Positions 27,446-41,501 of a stretch of 64,000 nt of DNA are shown here, piece by piece. The position numbers and the translations under genes are program-made. The notes under the pieces were generated by a model that had not been told where the DNA came from, searched no databases, and saw nothing but the letters and a program-made list of their open reading frames with translations. The DNA is from Auanema rhodensis (Eukaryota > Animalia > Nematoda), in assembly GCA_964057225.1 (NCBI GenBank), contig CAXKVF010000100.1, positions 1 through 64,000 of the forward strand, written 5' to 3'. Position 1 is the stretch's first letter. Each line of letters begins with the position of its first letter.

Positions 27446-27639
27446 GGACATGGGGAATCTAATTTTGAAAACCGCATCTCTTTATCTTTCACGTGAAGCG
27501 AGTTACATACCAGAAGCGAGTTACATACCAAGTGCACATCACGTGTACATTTAATTAGCATAAATTAAAGTTCACGTAAATTTCAAAGTCATGGTTACCA
27601 TGAACCAATATCAATAAAAATTTGTTTTTAGACTAATAT
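27446..27639 (+). repeat. 194-bp variant monomer with an internal 18-bp tandem duplication (monomer pos. 50-67)
   Basis: GAAGCGAGTTACATACCA occurs at 27495-27512 and 27513-27530. Adjacent monomer starts are 194 bp apart. Confidence 0.95.
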
Positions 27640-30600
27640 GGACATGGGGAATCTAATTTTGAAAACCGCATCTCTTTATCTTTCACGTGAAGCGAGTTAC
27701 ATACCAAGTGCACATCACGTGTACATTTAATTAGCATAAATTAAAGTTCACGTAAATTTCAAAGTCATGGTTACCATGAAGCAATATCAATAAAAATTTG
27801 TTTTTAGACTAATATGGACATGGGGAATCTAATTTTGAAAACCGCATCTCTTTATCTTTCACGTGAAGCGAGTTACATACCAAGTGCACATCACGTGTAC
27901 ATTTAATTAGCATAAATTAAAGTTCACGTAAATTTCAAAGTCATGGTTACCATGAACCAATATCAATAAAAATTTGTTTTTAGACTAATATGGACATGGG
28001 GAATCTAATTTTGAAAACCGCATCTCTTTATCTTTCACGTGAAGCGAGTTACATACCAAGTGCACATCACGTGTACATTTAAATAGCATAAATTAAAGTT
28101 CACGTAAATTTCAAAGTCATGGTTACCATGCACCAATATCAATAAAAATTTGTTTTTAGACTAATATGGACATGGGGAATCTAATTTTGAAAACCGCATC
28201 TCTTTATCTTTCACGTGAAGCGAGTTACATACCAAGTGCACATCACGGGTACATTTAATTAGCATAAATTAAAGTTCACGTAAAATTCAAAGTCATGGTT
28301 ACCATGCACCAATATCAATAAAAATTTGTTTTCAGACTAATATGGACATGGGGAATCTAATTTTGAAAACCGCATCTCTTTATCTTTCACGTGAAGCGAG
28401 TTACATACCAAGTGCACATCACGTGTACATTTAATTAGCATAAATTAAAGTTCACGTAAATTTCAAAGTCATGGTTACCATGAACCAATATCAATAAAAA
28501 TTTGTTTTTAGACTAATATGGACATGGGGAATCTAATTTTGAAAACCGCATCTCTTTATCTTTCACGTGAAGCGAGTTACATACCAAGTGCACATCACGT
28601 GTACATTTAATTAGCATAAATTAAAGTTCACGTAAATTTCAAAGTCATGGTTACCATGAACCAATATCAATAAAAATTTGTTTTTAGACTAATATGGACA
28701 TGGGGAATCTAATTTTGAAAACCGCATCTCTTTATCTTTCACGTGAAGCGAGTTACATACCAAGTGCACATCACGTGTACATTTAATTAGCATAAATTAA
28801 AGTTCACGTAAATTTCAAAGTCATGGTTACCATGAAGCAATATCAATAAAAATTTGTTTTTAGACTAATATGGACATGGGGAATCTAATTTTGAAAACCG
28901 CATCTCTTTATCTTTCACGTGAAGCGAGTTACATACCAAGTGCACATCACGTGTACATTTAATTAGCATAAATTAAAGTTCACGTAAATTTCAAAGTCAT
29001 GGTTACCATGAACCAATATCAATAAAAATTTGTTTTTAGACTAATATGGACATGGGGAATCTAATTTTGAAAACCGCATCTCTTTATCTTTCACGTGAAG
29101 CGAGTTACATACCAAGTGCACATCACGTGTACATTTAATTAGCATAAATTAAAGTTCACGTAAATTTCAAAGTCATGGTTACCATGCACCAATATCAATA
29201 AAAATTTGTTTTTAGACTAATATGGACATGGGGAATCTAATTTTGAAAACCGCATCTCTTTATCTTTCACGTGAAGCGAGTTACATACCAAGTGCACATC
29301 ACGTGTACATTTAATTAGCATAAATTAAAGTTCACGTAAATTTCAAAGTCATGGTTACCATGAACCAATATCAATAAAAATTTGTTTTTAGACTAATATG
29401 GACATGGGGAATCTAATTTTGAAAACCGCATCTCTTTATCTTTCACGTGAAGCGAGTTACATACCAAGTGCACATCACGTGTACATTTAATTAGCATAAA
29501 TTAAAGTTCACGTAAATTTCAAAGTCATGGTTACCATGAACCAATATCAATAAAAATTTGTTTTTAGACTAATATGGACATGGGGAATCTAATTTTGAAA
29601 ACCGCATTTCTTTATCTTTCACGTGAAGCGAGTTACATACCAAGTGCACATCACGTGTACATTTAATTAGCATAAATTAAAGTTCACGTAAATTTCAAAG
29701 TCATGGTTACCATGCACCAATATCAATAAAAATTTGTTTTTAGACTAATATGGACATGGGGAATCTAATTTTGAAAACCGCATCTCTTTATCTTTCACGT
29801 GAAGCGAGTTACATACCAAGTGCACATCACGTGTACATTTAATTAGCATAAATTAAAGTTCACGTAAATTTTAAAGTCATGGTTACCATGAACGAATATC
29901 AATAAAAATTTGTTTTTGACTAATATGGACATGGGGAATCTAATTTTGAAAACCGCATCTCTTTATCTTTCACGTGAAGCGAGTTACATACCAAGTGCAC
30001 ATCACGTGTACATTTAATTAGCATAAATTAAAGTTCACGTAAATTTCAAAGTCATGGTTACCATGAACTAATATCAATAAAAATTTGTTTTTAGACTAAT
30101 ATGGACATGGAGAATCTAATTTTGAAAACCGCATCTCTTTATCTTTCACGTGAAGCGAGTTACATACCAAGTGCACATCACGTGTACATTTAATTAGCAT
30201 AAATTAAAGTTCACGTAAATTTCAAAGTCATGGTTACCATGAAGCAATTTCAATAAAAATTTGTTTTTAGACTAATATGGACATGGGGAATCTAATTTTG
30301 AAAACCGCATCTCTTTATCTTTCACGTGAAGCGAGTTACATACCAAGTGCACATCACGTGTACATTTAATTAGCATAAATTAAAGTTCACGTAAATTTCA
30401 AAGTCATGGTTACCATGAACCAATATCAATAAAAATTTGTTTTCAGACTAATATGGACATGGGGAATCTAATTTTGAAAACCGCATCTCTTTATCTTTCA
30501 CGTGAAGCGAGTTACATACCAAGTGCACATCACGTGTACATTTAATTAGCATAAATTAAAGTTCACGTAAATTTCAAAGTCACGGTTACCATGAAGCAAT

Positions 30601-31148
30601 ATCAATAAAAATTTGTTTTTAGACTAATATGGACATGGGGAATCTAATTTTGAAAACCGCATCTCTTTATCTCTCACGTGAAGCGAGTTACATACCAAGT
30701 GCACATCACGTGTACATTTAATTAGCATAAATTAAAGTTCACGTAAATTTCAAAGTCATGGTTACCATGAACCAATATCAATAAAAATTTGTTTTTAGAC
30801 TAATATGGACATAGGGAATCTAATTTTGAAAACCGCATCTCTTTATCTTTCACGTGAAGCGAGTTACATACCAAGTGCACATCACGTGTACATTTAATTA
30901 GCATAAATTAAAGTTCACGTAAATTTCAAAGTCATGGTTACCATGAACCAATATCAATAAAAATTTGTTTTCAGACTAATATGGACATGGAGAATCTAAT
31001 TTTGAAAACCGCATCTCTTTATCTTTCACGTGAAGCGAGTTACATACCAAGTGCACATCACGTGTACATTTAATTAGCATAAATTAAAGTTCACGTAAAT
31101 TTCAAAGTCATGGTTACCATGAAGCAATTTCAATAAAAATTTGTTTTT

Positions 31149-34100
31149 AGACTAATATGGACATGGGGAATCTAATTTTGAAAACCGCATCTCTTTATCT
31201 TTCACGTGAAGCGAGTTACATACCAAGTGCACATCACGTGTACATTTAATTAGCATAAATTAAAGTTCACGTAAATTTCAAAGTCATGGTTACCATGAAG
31301 CAATATCAATAAAAATTTGTTTTTAGACTAATATGGACATGGGGAATCTAATTTTGAAAACCGCATCTCTTTATCTCTCACGTGAAGCGAGTTACATACC
31401 AAGTGCACATCACGTGTACATTTAATTAGCATAAATTAAAGTTCACGTAAATTTCAAAGTCATGGTTACCATGAACCAATATCAATAAAAATTTGTTTTT
31501 AGACTAATATGGACATGGGGAATCTAATTTTGAAAACCGCATCTCTTTATCTTTCACGTGAAGCGAGTTACATACCAAGTGCACATCACGTGTACATTTA
31601 ATTAGCATAAATTAAAGTTCACGTAAATTTCAAAGTCATGGTTACCATGAACCAATATCAATAAAAATTTGTTTTTAGACTAATATGGACATGGGGAATC
31701 TAATTTTGAAAACCGCATCTCTTTATCTTTCACGTGAAGCGAGTTACATACCAAGTGCACATCACGTGTACATTTAATTAGCATAAATTAAAGTTCACGT
31801 AAATTTCAAAGTCATGGTTACCATGAACCAATATCAATAAAAATTTGTTTTTAGACTAATATGGACATGGGGAATCTAATTTTGAAAACCGCATCTCTTT
31901 ATCTTTCACGTGAAGCGAGTTACATACCAAGTGCACATCACGTGTACATTTAATTAGCATAAATTAAAGTTCACGTAAATTTCAAAGTCATGGTTACCAT
32001 GAACCAATATCAATAAAAATTTGTTTTTAGACTAATATGGACATGGGGAATCTAATTTTGAAAACCGCATCTCTTTATCTTTCACGTGAAGCGAGTTACA
32101 TACCAAGTGCACATCACGTGTACATTTAATTAGCATAAATTAAAGTTCACGTAAATTTCAAAGTCATGGTTACCATGAACCAATATCAATAAAAATTTGT
32201 TTTTAGACTAATATGGACATGGGGAATCTAATTTTGAAAACCGCATCTCTTTATCTTTCACGTGAAGCGAGTTACATACCAAGTGCACATCACGTGTACA
32301 TTTAATTAGCATAAATTAAAGTTCACGTAAATTTCAAAGTCATGGTTACCATGAACCAATATCAATAAAAATTTGTTTTTAGACTAATATGGACATGGGG
32401 AATCTAATTTTGAAAACCGCATCTCTTTATCTTTCACGTGAAGCGAGTTACATACCAAGTGCACATCACGTGTACATTTAATTAGCATAAATTAAAGTTC
32501 ACGTAAATTTCAAAGTCATGGTTACCATGAACCAATATCAATAAAAATTTGTTTTTAGACTAATATGGACATGGGGAATCTAATTTTGAAAACCGCATCT
32601 CTTTATCTTTCACGTGAAGCGAGTTACATACCAAGTGCACATCACGTGTACATTTAATTAGCATAAATTAAAGTTCACGTAAATTTTAAAGTCATGGTTA
32701 CCATGCACCAATATCAATAAAAATTTGTTTTCAGACTAATATGGACATGGGGAATCTAATTTTGAAAACCGCATCTCTTTATCTTTCACGTGAAGCGAGT
32801 TACATACCAAGTGCACATCACGTGTACATTTAATTAGCATAAATTAAAGTTCACGTAAATTTCAAAGTCATGGTTACCATGAAGCAATATCAATAAAAAT
32901 TTGTTTTTAGACTAATATGGACATGGGGAATCTAATTTTGAAAACCGCTTTTCTTTATCTTTCACGTGAAGCGAGTTACATACCAAGTGCACATCACGTG
33001 TACATTTAATTAGCATAAATTAAAGTTCACGTAAATTTCAAAGTCATGGTTACCATGCACCAATATCAATAAAAATTTGTTTTTAGACTAATATGGACAT
33101 GGGGAATCTAATTTTGAAAACCGCATCTCTTTATCTTTCACGTGAAGCGAGTTACATACCAAGTGCACATCACGTGTACATTTAATTAGCATAAATTAAA
33201 GTTCACGTAAATTTCAAAGTCATGGTTACCATGAAGCAATATCAATAAAAATTTGTTTTTAGACTAATATGGACATGGGGAATCTAATTTTGAAAACCGC
33301 ATTTCTTTATCTTTCACGTGAAGCGAGTTACATACCAAGTGCAAATCACGTGTACATTTAATTAGCATAAATTAAAGTTCACGTAAATTTCAAAGTCATG
33401 GTTACCATGAACCAATATCAATAAAAATTTGTTTTTAGACTAATATGGACATGGGGAATCTAATTTTGAAAACCGCATCTCTTTATCTTTCACGTGAAGC
33501 GAGTTACATACCAAGTGCACATCACGTGTACATTTAATTAGCATAAATTAAAGTTCACGTAAATTTCAAAGTCATGGTTACCATGCACCAATATCAATAA
33601 AAATTTGTTTTTAGACTAATATGGACATGGGGAATCTAATTTTGAAAACCGCATCTCTTTATCTTTCACGTGAAGCGAGTTACATACCAAGTGCACATCA
33701 CGTGTACATTTAATTAGCATAAATTAAAGTTCACGTAAATTTCAAAGTCATGGTTACCATGAACCAATATCAATAAAAATTTGTTTTTAGACTAATATGG
33801 ACATGGGGAATCTAATTTTGAAAACCGCATCTCTTTATCTTTCACGTGAAGCGAGTTACATACCAAGTGCACATCACGTGTACATTTAATTAGCATAAAT
33901 TAAAGTTCACGTAAATTTCAAAGTCATGGTTACCATGAACCAATATCAATAAAAATTTGTTTTTAGACTAATATGGACATGGGGAATCTAATTTTGAAAA
34001 CCGCATTTCTTTATCTTTCACGTGAAGCGAGTTACATACCAAGTGCACATCACGTGTACATTTAATTAGCATAAATTAAAGTTCACGTAAATTTCAAAGT

Positions 34101-36577
34101 CATGGTTACCATGAACCAATATCAATAAAAATTTGTTTTCAGACTAATATGGACATGGGGAATCTAATTTTGAAAACCGCATCTCTTTATCTTTCACGTG
34201 AAGCGAGTTACATACCAAGTGCACATCACGTGTACATTTAATTAGCATAAATTAAAGTTCACGTAAATTTCAAAGTCATGGTTACCATGAAGCAATATCA
34301 ATAAAAATTTGTTTTTAGACTAATATGGACATGGGGAATCTAATTTTGAAAACCGCATCTCTTTATCTCTCACGTGAAGCGAGTTACATACCAAGTGCAC
34401 ATCACGTGTACATTTAATTAGCATAAATTAAAGTTCACGTAAATTTCAAAGTCATGGTTACCATGAACCAATATCAATAAAAATTTGTTTTTAGACTAAT
34501 ATGGACATGGGGAATCTAATTTTGAAAACCGCATCTCTTTATCTTTCACGTGAAGCGAGTTACATACCAAGTGCACATCACGTGTACATTTAATTAGCAT
34601 AAATTAAAGTTCACGTAAATTTCAAAGTCATGGTTACCATGAACCAATATCAATAAAAATTTGTTTTTAGACTAATATGGACATGGGGAATCTAATTTTG
34701 AAAACCGCATCTCTTTATCTTTCACGTGAAGCGAGTTACATACCAAGTGCACATCACGTGTACATTTAATTAGCATAAATTAAAGTTCACGTAAATTTCA
34801 AAGTCATGGTTACCATGAACCAATATCAATAAAAATTTGTTTTTAGACTAATATGGACATGGGGAATCTAATTTTGAAAACCGCATCTCTTTATCTTTCA
34901 CGTGAAGCGAGTTACATACCAAGTGCACATCACGTGTACATTTAATTAGCATAAATTAAAGTTCACGTAAATTTCAAAGTCATGGTTACCATGAACCAAT
35001 ATCAATAAAAATTTGTTTTTAGACTAATATGGACATGGGGAATCTAATTTTGAAAACCGCATCTCTTTATCTTTCACGTGAAGCGAGTTACATACCAAGT
35101 GCACATCACGTGTACATTTAATTAGCATAAATTAAAGTTCACGTAAATTTCAAAGTCATGGTTACCATGAACCAATATCAATAAAAATTTGTTTTTAGAC
35201 TAATATGGACATGGGGAATCTAATTTTGAAAACCGCATCTCTTTATCTTTCACGTGAAGCGAGTTACATACCAAGTGCACATCACGTGTACATTTAATTA
35301 GCATAAATTAAAGTTCACGTAAATTTCAAAGTCATGGTTACCATGAACCAATATCAATAAAAATTTGTTTTTAGACTAATATGGACATGGGGAATCTAAT
35401 TTTGAAAACCGCATCTCTTTATCTTTCACGTGAAGCGAGTTACATACCAAGTGCACATCACGTGTACATTTAATTAGCATAAATTAAAGTTCACGTAAAT
35501 TTCAAAGTCATGGTTACCATGAACCAATATCAATAAAAATTTGTTTTTAGACTAATATGGACATGGGGAATCTAATTTTGAAAACCGCATCTCTTTATCT
35601 TTCACGTGAAGCGAGTTACATACCAAGTGCACATCACGTGTACATTTAATTAGCATAAATTAAAGTTCACGTAAATTTTAAAGTCATGGTTACCATGCAC
35701 CAATATCAATAAAAATTTGTTTTCAGACTAATATGGACATGGGGAATCTAATTTTGAAAACCGCATCTCTTTATCTTTCACGTGAAGCGAGTTACATACC
35801 AAGTGCACATCACGTGTACATTTAATTAGCATAAATTAAAGTTCACGTAAATTTCAAAGTCATGGTTACCATGAAGCAATATCAATAAAAATTTGTTTTT
35901 AGACTAATATGGACATGGGGAATCTAATTTTGAAAACCGCTTTTCTTTATCTTTCACGTGAAGCGAGTTACATACCAAGTGCACATCACGTGTACATTTA
36001 ATTAGCATAAATTAAAGTTCACGTAAATTTCAAAGTCATGGTTACCATGCACCAATATCAATAAAAATTTGTTTTTAGACTAATATGGACATGGGGAATC
36101 TAATTTTGAAAACCGCATCTCTTTATCTTTCACGTGAAGCGAGTTACATACCAAGTGCACATCACGTGTACATTTAATTAGCATAAATTAAAGTTCACGT
36201 AAATTTCAAAGTCATGGTTACCATGAAGCAATATCAATAAAAATTTGTTTTTAGACTAATATGGACATGGGGAATCTAATTTTGAAAACCGCATTTCTTT
36301 ATCTTTCACGTGAAGCGAGTTACATACCAAGTGCAAATCACGTGTACATTTAATTAGCATAAATTAAAGTTCACGTAAATTTCAAAGTCATGGTTACCAT
36401 GAACCAATATCAATAAAAATTTGTTTTTAGACTAATATGGACATGGGGAATCTAATTTTGAAAACCGCATCTCTTTATCTTTCACGTGAAGCGAGTTACA
36501 TACCAAGTGCACATCACGTGTACATTTAATTAGCATAAATTAAAGTTCACGTAAATTTCAAAGTCATGGTTACCATG
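31149..36577 (+). repeat. Block duplication: about 31149-33585 repeated at about 34141-36577 (offset 2992 = 17 monomers)
   Basis: Rare variants pair at offset 2992: 31300/34292, 31377/34369, 32949/35941 (CCGCTTTT) and 33341/36333 (GCAAATCACG). Confidence 0.9.
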
Positions 36578-38374
36578 AACCAATATCAATAAAAATTTGT
36601 TTTTAGACTAATATGGACATGGGGAATCTAATTTTGAAAACCGCATCTCTTTATCTTTCACGTGAAGCGAGTTACATACCAAGTGCACATCACGTGTACA
36701 TTTAATTAGCATAAATTAAAGTTCACGTAAATTTCAAAGTTATGGTTACCATAAAGCAATATCAATAAAAATTTGTTTTTAGACTAATATGGACATGGGG
36801 AATCTAATTTTGAAAACCGCATCTCTTTATCTTTCACGTGAAGCGAGTTACATACCAAGTGCACATCACGTGTACATTTAATTAGCATAAATTAAAGTTC
36901 ACGTAAATTTCAAAGTCATGGTTACCATGAACCAATATCAATAAAAATTTGTTTTTAGACTAATATGGACATGGGGAATCTAATTTTGAAAACCGCATTT
37001 CTTTATCTTTCACGTGAAGCGAGTTACATACCAAGTGCACATCACGTGTACATTTAATTAGCATAAATTAAAGTTCACGTAAATTTCAAAGTCATGGTTA
37101 CCATGAACCAATATCAATAAAAATTTGTTTTTAGACTAATATGGACATGGGGAATCTAATTTTGAAAACCGCATCTCTTTATCTTTCACGTGAAGCGAGT
37201 TACATACCAAGTGCACATCACGTGTACATTTAATTAGCATAAATTAAAGTTCACGTAAATTTCAAAGTCATGGTTACCATGAACCAATATCAATAAAAAT
37301 TTGTTTTTAGACTAATATGGACATGGGGAATCTAATTTTGAAAACCGCATTTCTTTATCTTTCACGTGAAGCGAGTTACATACCAAGTGCACATCACGTG
37401 TACATTTAATTAGCATAAATTAAAGTTCACGTAAATTTCAAAGTCATGGTTACCATGCACCAATATCAATAAAAATTTGTTTTTAGACTAATATGGACAT
37501 GGGGAATCTAATTTTGAAAACCGCATCTCTTTATCTTTCACGTGAAGCGAGTTACATACCAAGTGCACATCACGTGTACATTTAATTAGCATAAATTAAA
37601 GTTCACGTAAATTTTAAAGTCATGGTTACCATGCACCAATATCAATAAAAATTTGTTTTTAGACTAATATGGACATGGGGAATCTAATTTTGAAAACCGC
37701 ATCTCTTTATCTTTCACGTGAAGCGAGTTACATACCAAGTGCACATCACGTGTACATTTAATTAGCATAAATTAAAGTTCACGTAAATTTTAAAGTCATG
37801 GTTACCATGCACCAATATCAATAAAAATTTGTTTTTAGACTAATATGGACATGGGGAATCTAATTTTGAAAACCGCATCTCTTTATCTTTCACGTGAAGC
37901 GAGTTACATACCAAGTGCACATCACGTGTACATTTAATTAGCATAAATTAAAGTTCACGTAAATTTCAAAGTCATGGTTACCATGAACTAATATCAATAA
38001 AAATTTGTTTTTAGACTAATATGGACATGGAGAATCTAATTTTGAAAACCGCATCTCTTTATCTTTCACGTGAAGCGAGTTACATACCAAGTGCACATCA
38101 CGTGTACATTTAATTAGCATAAATTAAAGTTCACGTAAATTTCAAAGTCATGGTTACCATGAACCAATATCAATAAAAATTTGTTTTTAGACTAATATGG
38201 ACATGGGGAATCTAATTTTGAAAACCGCATCTCTTTATCTTTCACGTGAAGCGAGTTACATACCAAGAGCACATCACGTGTACATTTAATTAGCATAAAT
38301 TAAAGTTCACGTAAATTTCAAAGTCATGGTTACCATGAACCAATATCAATAAAAATTTGTTTTTAGACTAATAT

Positions 38375-38816
38375 GGACATGGGGAATCTAATTTTGAAAA
38401 CCGCATCTCTTTATCTTTTACGTGAAGCGAGTTACATACCAAGTGCACATCACGTGTACATTTAATTAGCATAAATTAAAGTTCACGTAAATTTCAAAGT
38501 CATGGTTACCATAGCATAAATTAAAGTTCACGTAAATTTCAAAGTCATGGTTACCATGAAGCAATATCAATAAAAATTTGTTTTTAGACTAATATGGACA
38601 TGGGGAATCTAATTTTGAAAACCGCATCTCTTTATCTTTTACGTGAAGCGAGTTACATACCAAGTGCACATCACGTGTACATTTAATTAGCATAAATTAA
38701 AGTTCACGTAAATTTCAAAGTCATGGTTACCATAGCATAAATTAAAGTTCACGTAAATTTCAAAGTCATGGTTACCATGAAGCAATATCAATAAAAATTT
38801 GTTTTTAGACTAATAT
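38375..38816 (+). repeat. Two adjacent 221-bp variant monomers with an internal 45-bp tandem duplication (pos. 94-138)
   Basis: Junction GGTTACCAT|AGCATAAATT. Monomer starts at 38375, 38596 and 38817 are 221 bp apart. Confidence 0.95.
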
Positions 38817-41280
38817 GGACATGGGGAATCTAATTTTGAAAACCGCATCTCTTTATCTTTTACGTGAAGCGAGTTACATACCAAGTGCACATCACGTGTA
38901 CATTTAATTAGCATAAATTAAAGTTCACGTAAATTTCAAAGTCATGGTTACCATGAACCAATATCAATAAAAATTTGTTTTTAGACTAATATGGACATGG
39001 GGAATCTAATTTTGAAAACCGCATCTCTTTATCTTTCACGTGAAGCGAGTTACATACCAAGTGCACATCACGTGTACATTTAATTAGCATAAATTAAAGT
39101 TCACGTAAATTTCAAAGTCATGGTTACCATGAAGCAATATCAATAAAAATTTGTTTTTAGACTAATATGGACATGGGGAATCTAATTTTGAAAACCGCAT
39201 CTCTTTATCTTTTACGTGAAGCGAGTTACATACCAAGTGCACATCACGTGTACATTTAATTAGCATAAATTAAAGTTCACGTAAATTTCAAAGTCATGGT
39301 TACCATGAACCAATATCAATAAAAATTTGTTTTTAGACTAATATGGACATGGGGAATCTAATTTTGAAAACCGCATCTCTTTATCTTTCACGTGAAGCGA
39401 GTTACATACCAAGAGCACATCACGTGTACATTTAATTAGCATAAATTAAAGTTCACGTAAATTTCAAAGTCATGGTTACCATGAACCAATATCAATAAAA
39501 ATTTGTTTTTAGACTAATATGGACATGGGGAATCTAATTTTGAAAACCGCATCTCTTTATCTTTTACGTGAAGCGAGTTACATACCAAGTGCACATCACG
39601 TGTACATTTAATTAGCATAAATTAAAGTTCACGTAAATTTCAAAGTCATGGTTACCATGAACCAATATCAATAAAAATTTGTTTTTAGACTAATATGGAC
39701 ATGGGGAATCTAATTTTGAAAACCGCATCTCTTTATCTTTCACGTGAAGCGAGTTACATACCAAGTGCACATCACGTGTACATTTAATTAGCATAAATTA
39801 AAGTTCACGTAAATTTCAAAGTCATGGTTACCATGAAGCAATATCAATAAAAATTTGTTTTTAGACTAATATGGACATGGGGAATCTAATTTTGAAAACC
39901 GCATCTCTTTATCTTTTACGTGAAGCGAGTTACATACCAAGTGCACATCACGTGTACATTTAATTAGCATAAATTAAAGTTCACGTAAATTTCAAAGTCA
40001 TGGTTACCATGCACCAATATCAATAAAAATTTGTTTTTAGACTAATATGGACATGGGGAATCTAATTTTGAAAACCGCATCTCTTTATCTTTCACGTGAA
40101 GCGAGTTACATACCAAGTGCACATCACGTGTACATTTAATTAGCATAAATTAAAGTTCACGTAAATTTCAAAGTCATGGTTACCATGAACCAATATCAAT
40201 AAAAATTTGTTTTTAGACTAATATGGACATGGGGAATCTAATTTTGAAAACCGCATCTCTTTATCTTTCACGTGAAGCGAGTTACATACCAAGTGCACAT
40301 CACGTGTACATTTAATTAGCATAAATTAAAGTTCACGTAAATTTCAAAGTCATGGTTACCATGAACCAATATCAATAAAAATTTGTTTTTAGACTAATAT
40401 GGACATGGGGAATCTAATTTTGAAAACCGCATCTCTTTATCTTTCACGTGAAGCGAGTTACATACCAAGTGCACATCACGTGTACATTTAATTAGCATAA
40501 ATTAAAGTTCACGTAAATTTCAAAGTCATGGTTACCATGAACCAATATCAATAAAAATTTGTTTTTAGACTAATATGGACATGGGGAATCTAATTTTGAA
40601 AACCGCATCTCTTTATCTCTCACGTGAAGCGAGTTACATACCAAGTGCACATCACGTGTACATTTAATTAGCATAAATTAAAGTTCACGTAAATTTCAAA
40701 GTCATGGTTACCATGAACCAATATCAATAAAAATTTGTTTTTAGACTAATATGGACATGGGGAATCTAATTTTGAAAACCGCATCTCTTTATCTTTCACG
40801 TGAAGCGAGTTACATACCAAGTGCACATCACGTGTACATATAATTAGCATAAATTAAAGTTCACGTAAAATTCAAAGTCATGGTTACCATGAACCAATAT
40901 CAATAAAAATTTGTTTTTAGACTAATATGGACATGGGGAATCTAATTTTGGAAACCGCATCTCTTTATCTTTCACGTGAAGCGAGTTACATACCAAGTGC
41001 ACATCACGTGTACATTTAATTAGCATAAATTAAAGTTCACGTAAATTTCAAAGTCATGGTTACCATGAACCAATATCAATAAAAATTTGTTTTTAGACTA
41101 ATATGGACATGGGGAATCTAATTTTGAAAACCGCATCTCTTTATCTTTTACGTGAAGCGAGTTACATACCAAGTGCACATCACGTGTACATTTAATTAGC
41201 ATAAATTAAAGTTCACGTAAATTTCAAAGTCATGGTTACCATGAAGCAATATCAATAAAAATTTGTTTTTAGACTAATAT

Positions 41281-41501
41281 GGACATGGGGAATCTAATTT
41301 TGAAAACCGCATCTCTTTATCTTTCACGTGAAGCGAGTTACATACCAAGTGCACATCACGTGTACATTTAATTAGCATAAATTAAAGTTCACGTAAATTT
41401 CAAAGTCATGGTTACCATAGCATAAATTAAAGTTCACGTAAATTTCAAAGTCATGGTTACCATGAAGCAATATCAATAAAAATTTGTTTTTAGACTAATA
41501 T
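41281..41501 (+). repeat. 221-bp variant monomer (45-bp duplication)
   Basis: Same junction near 41418. The next monomer starts at 41502. Confidence 0.95.
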
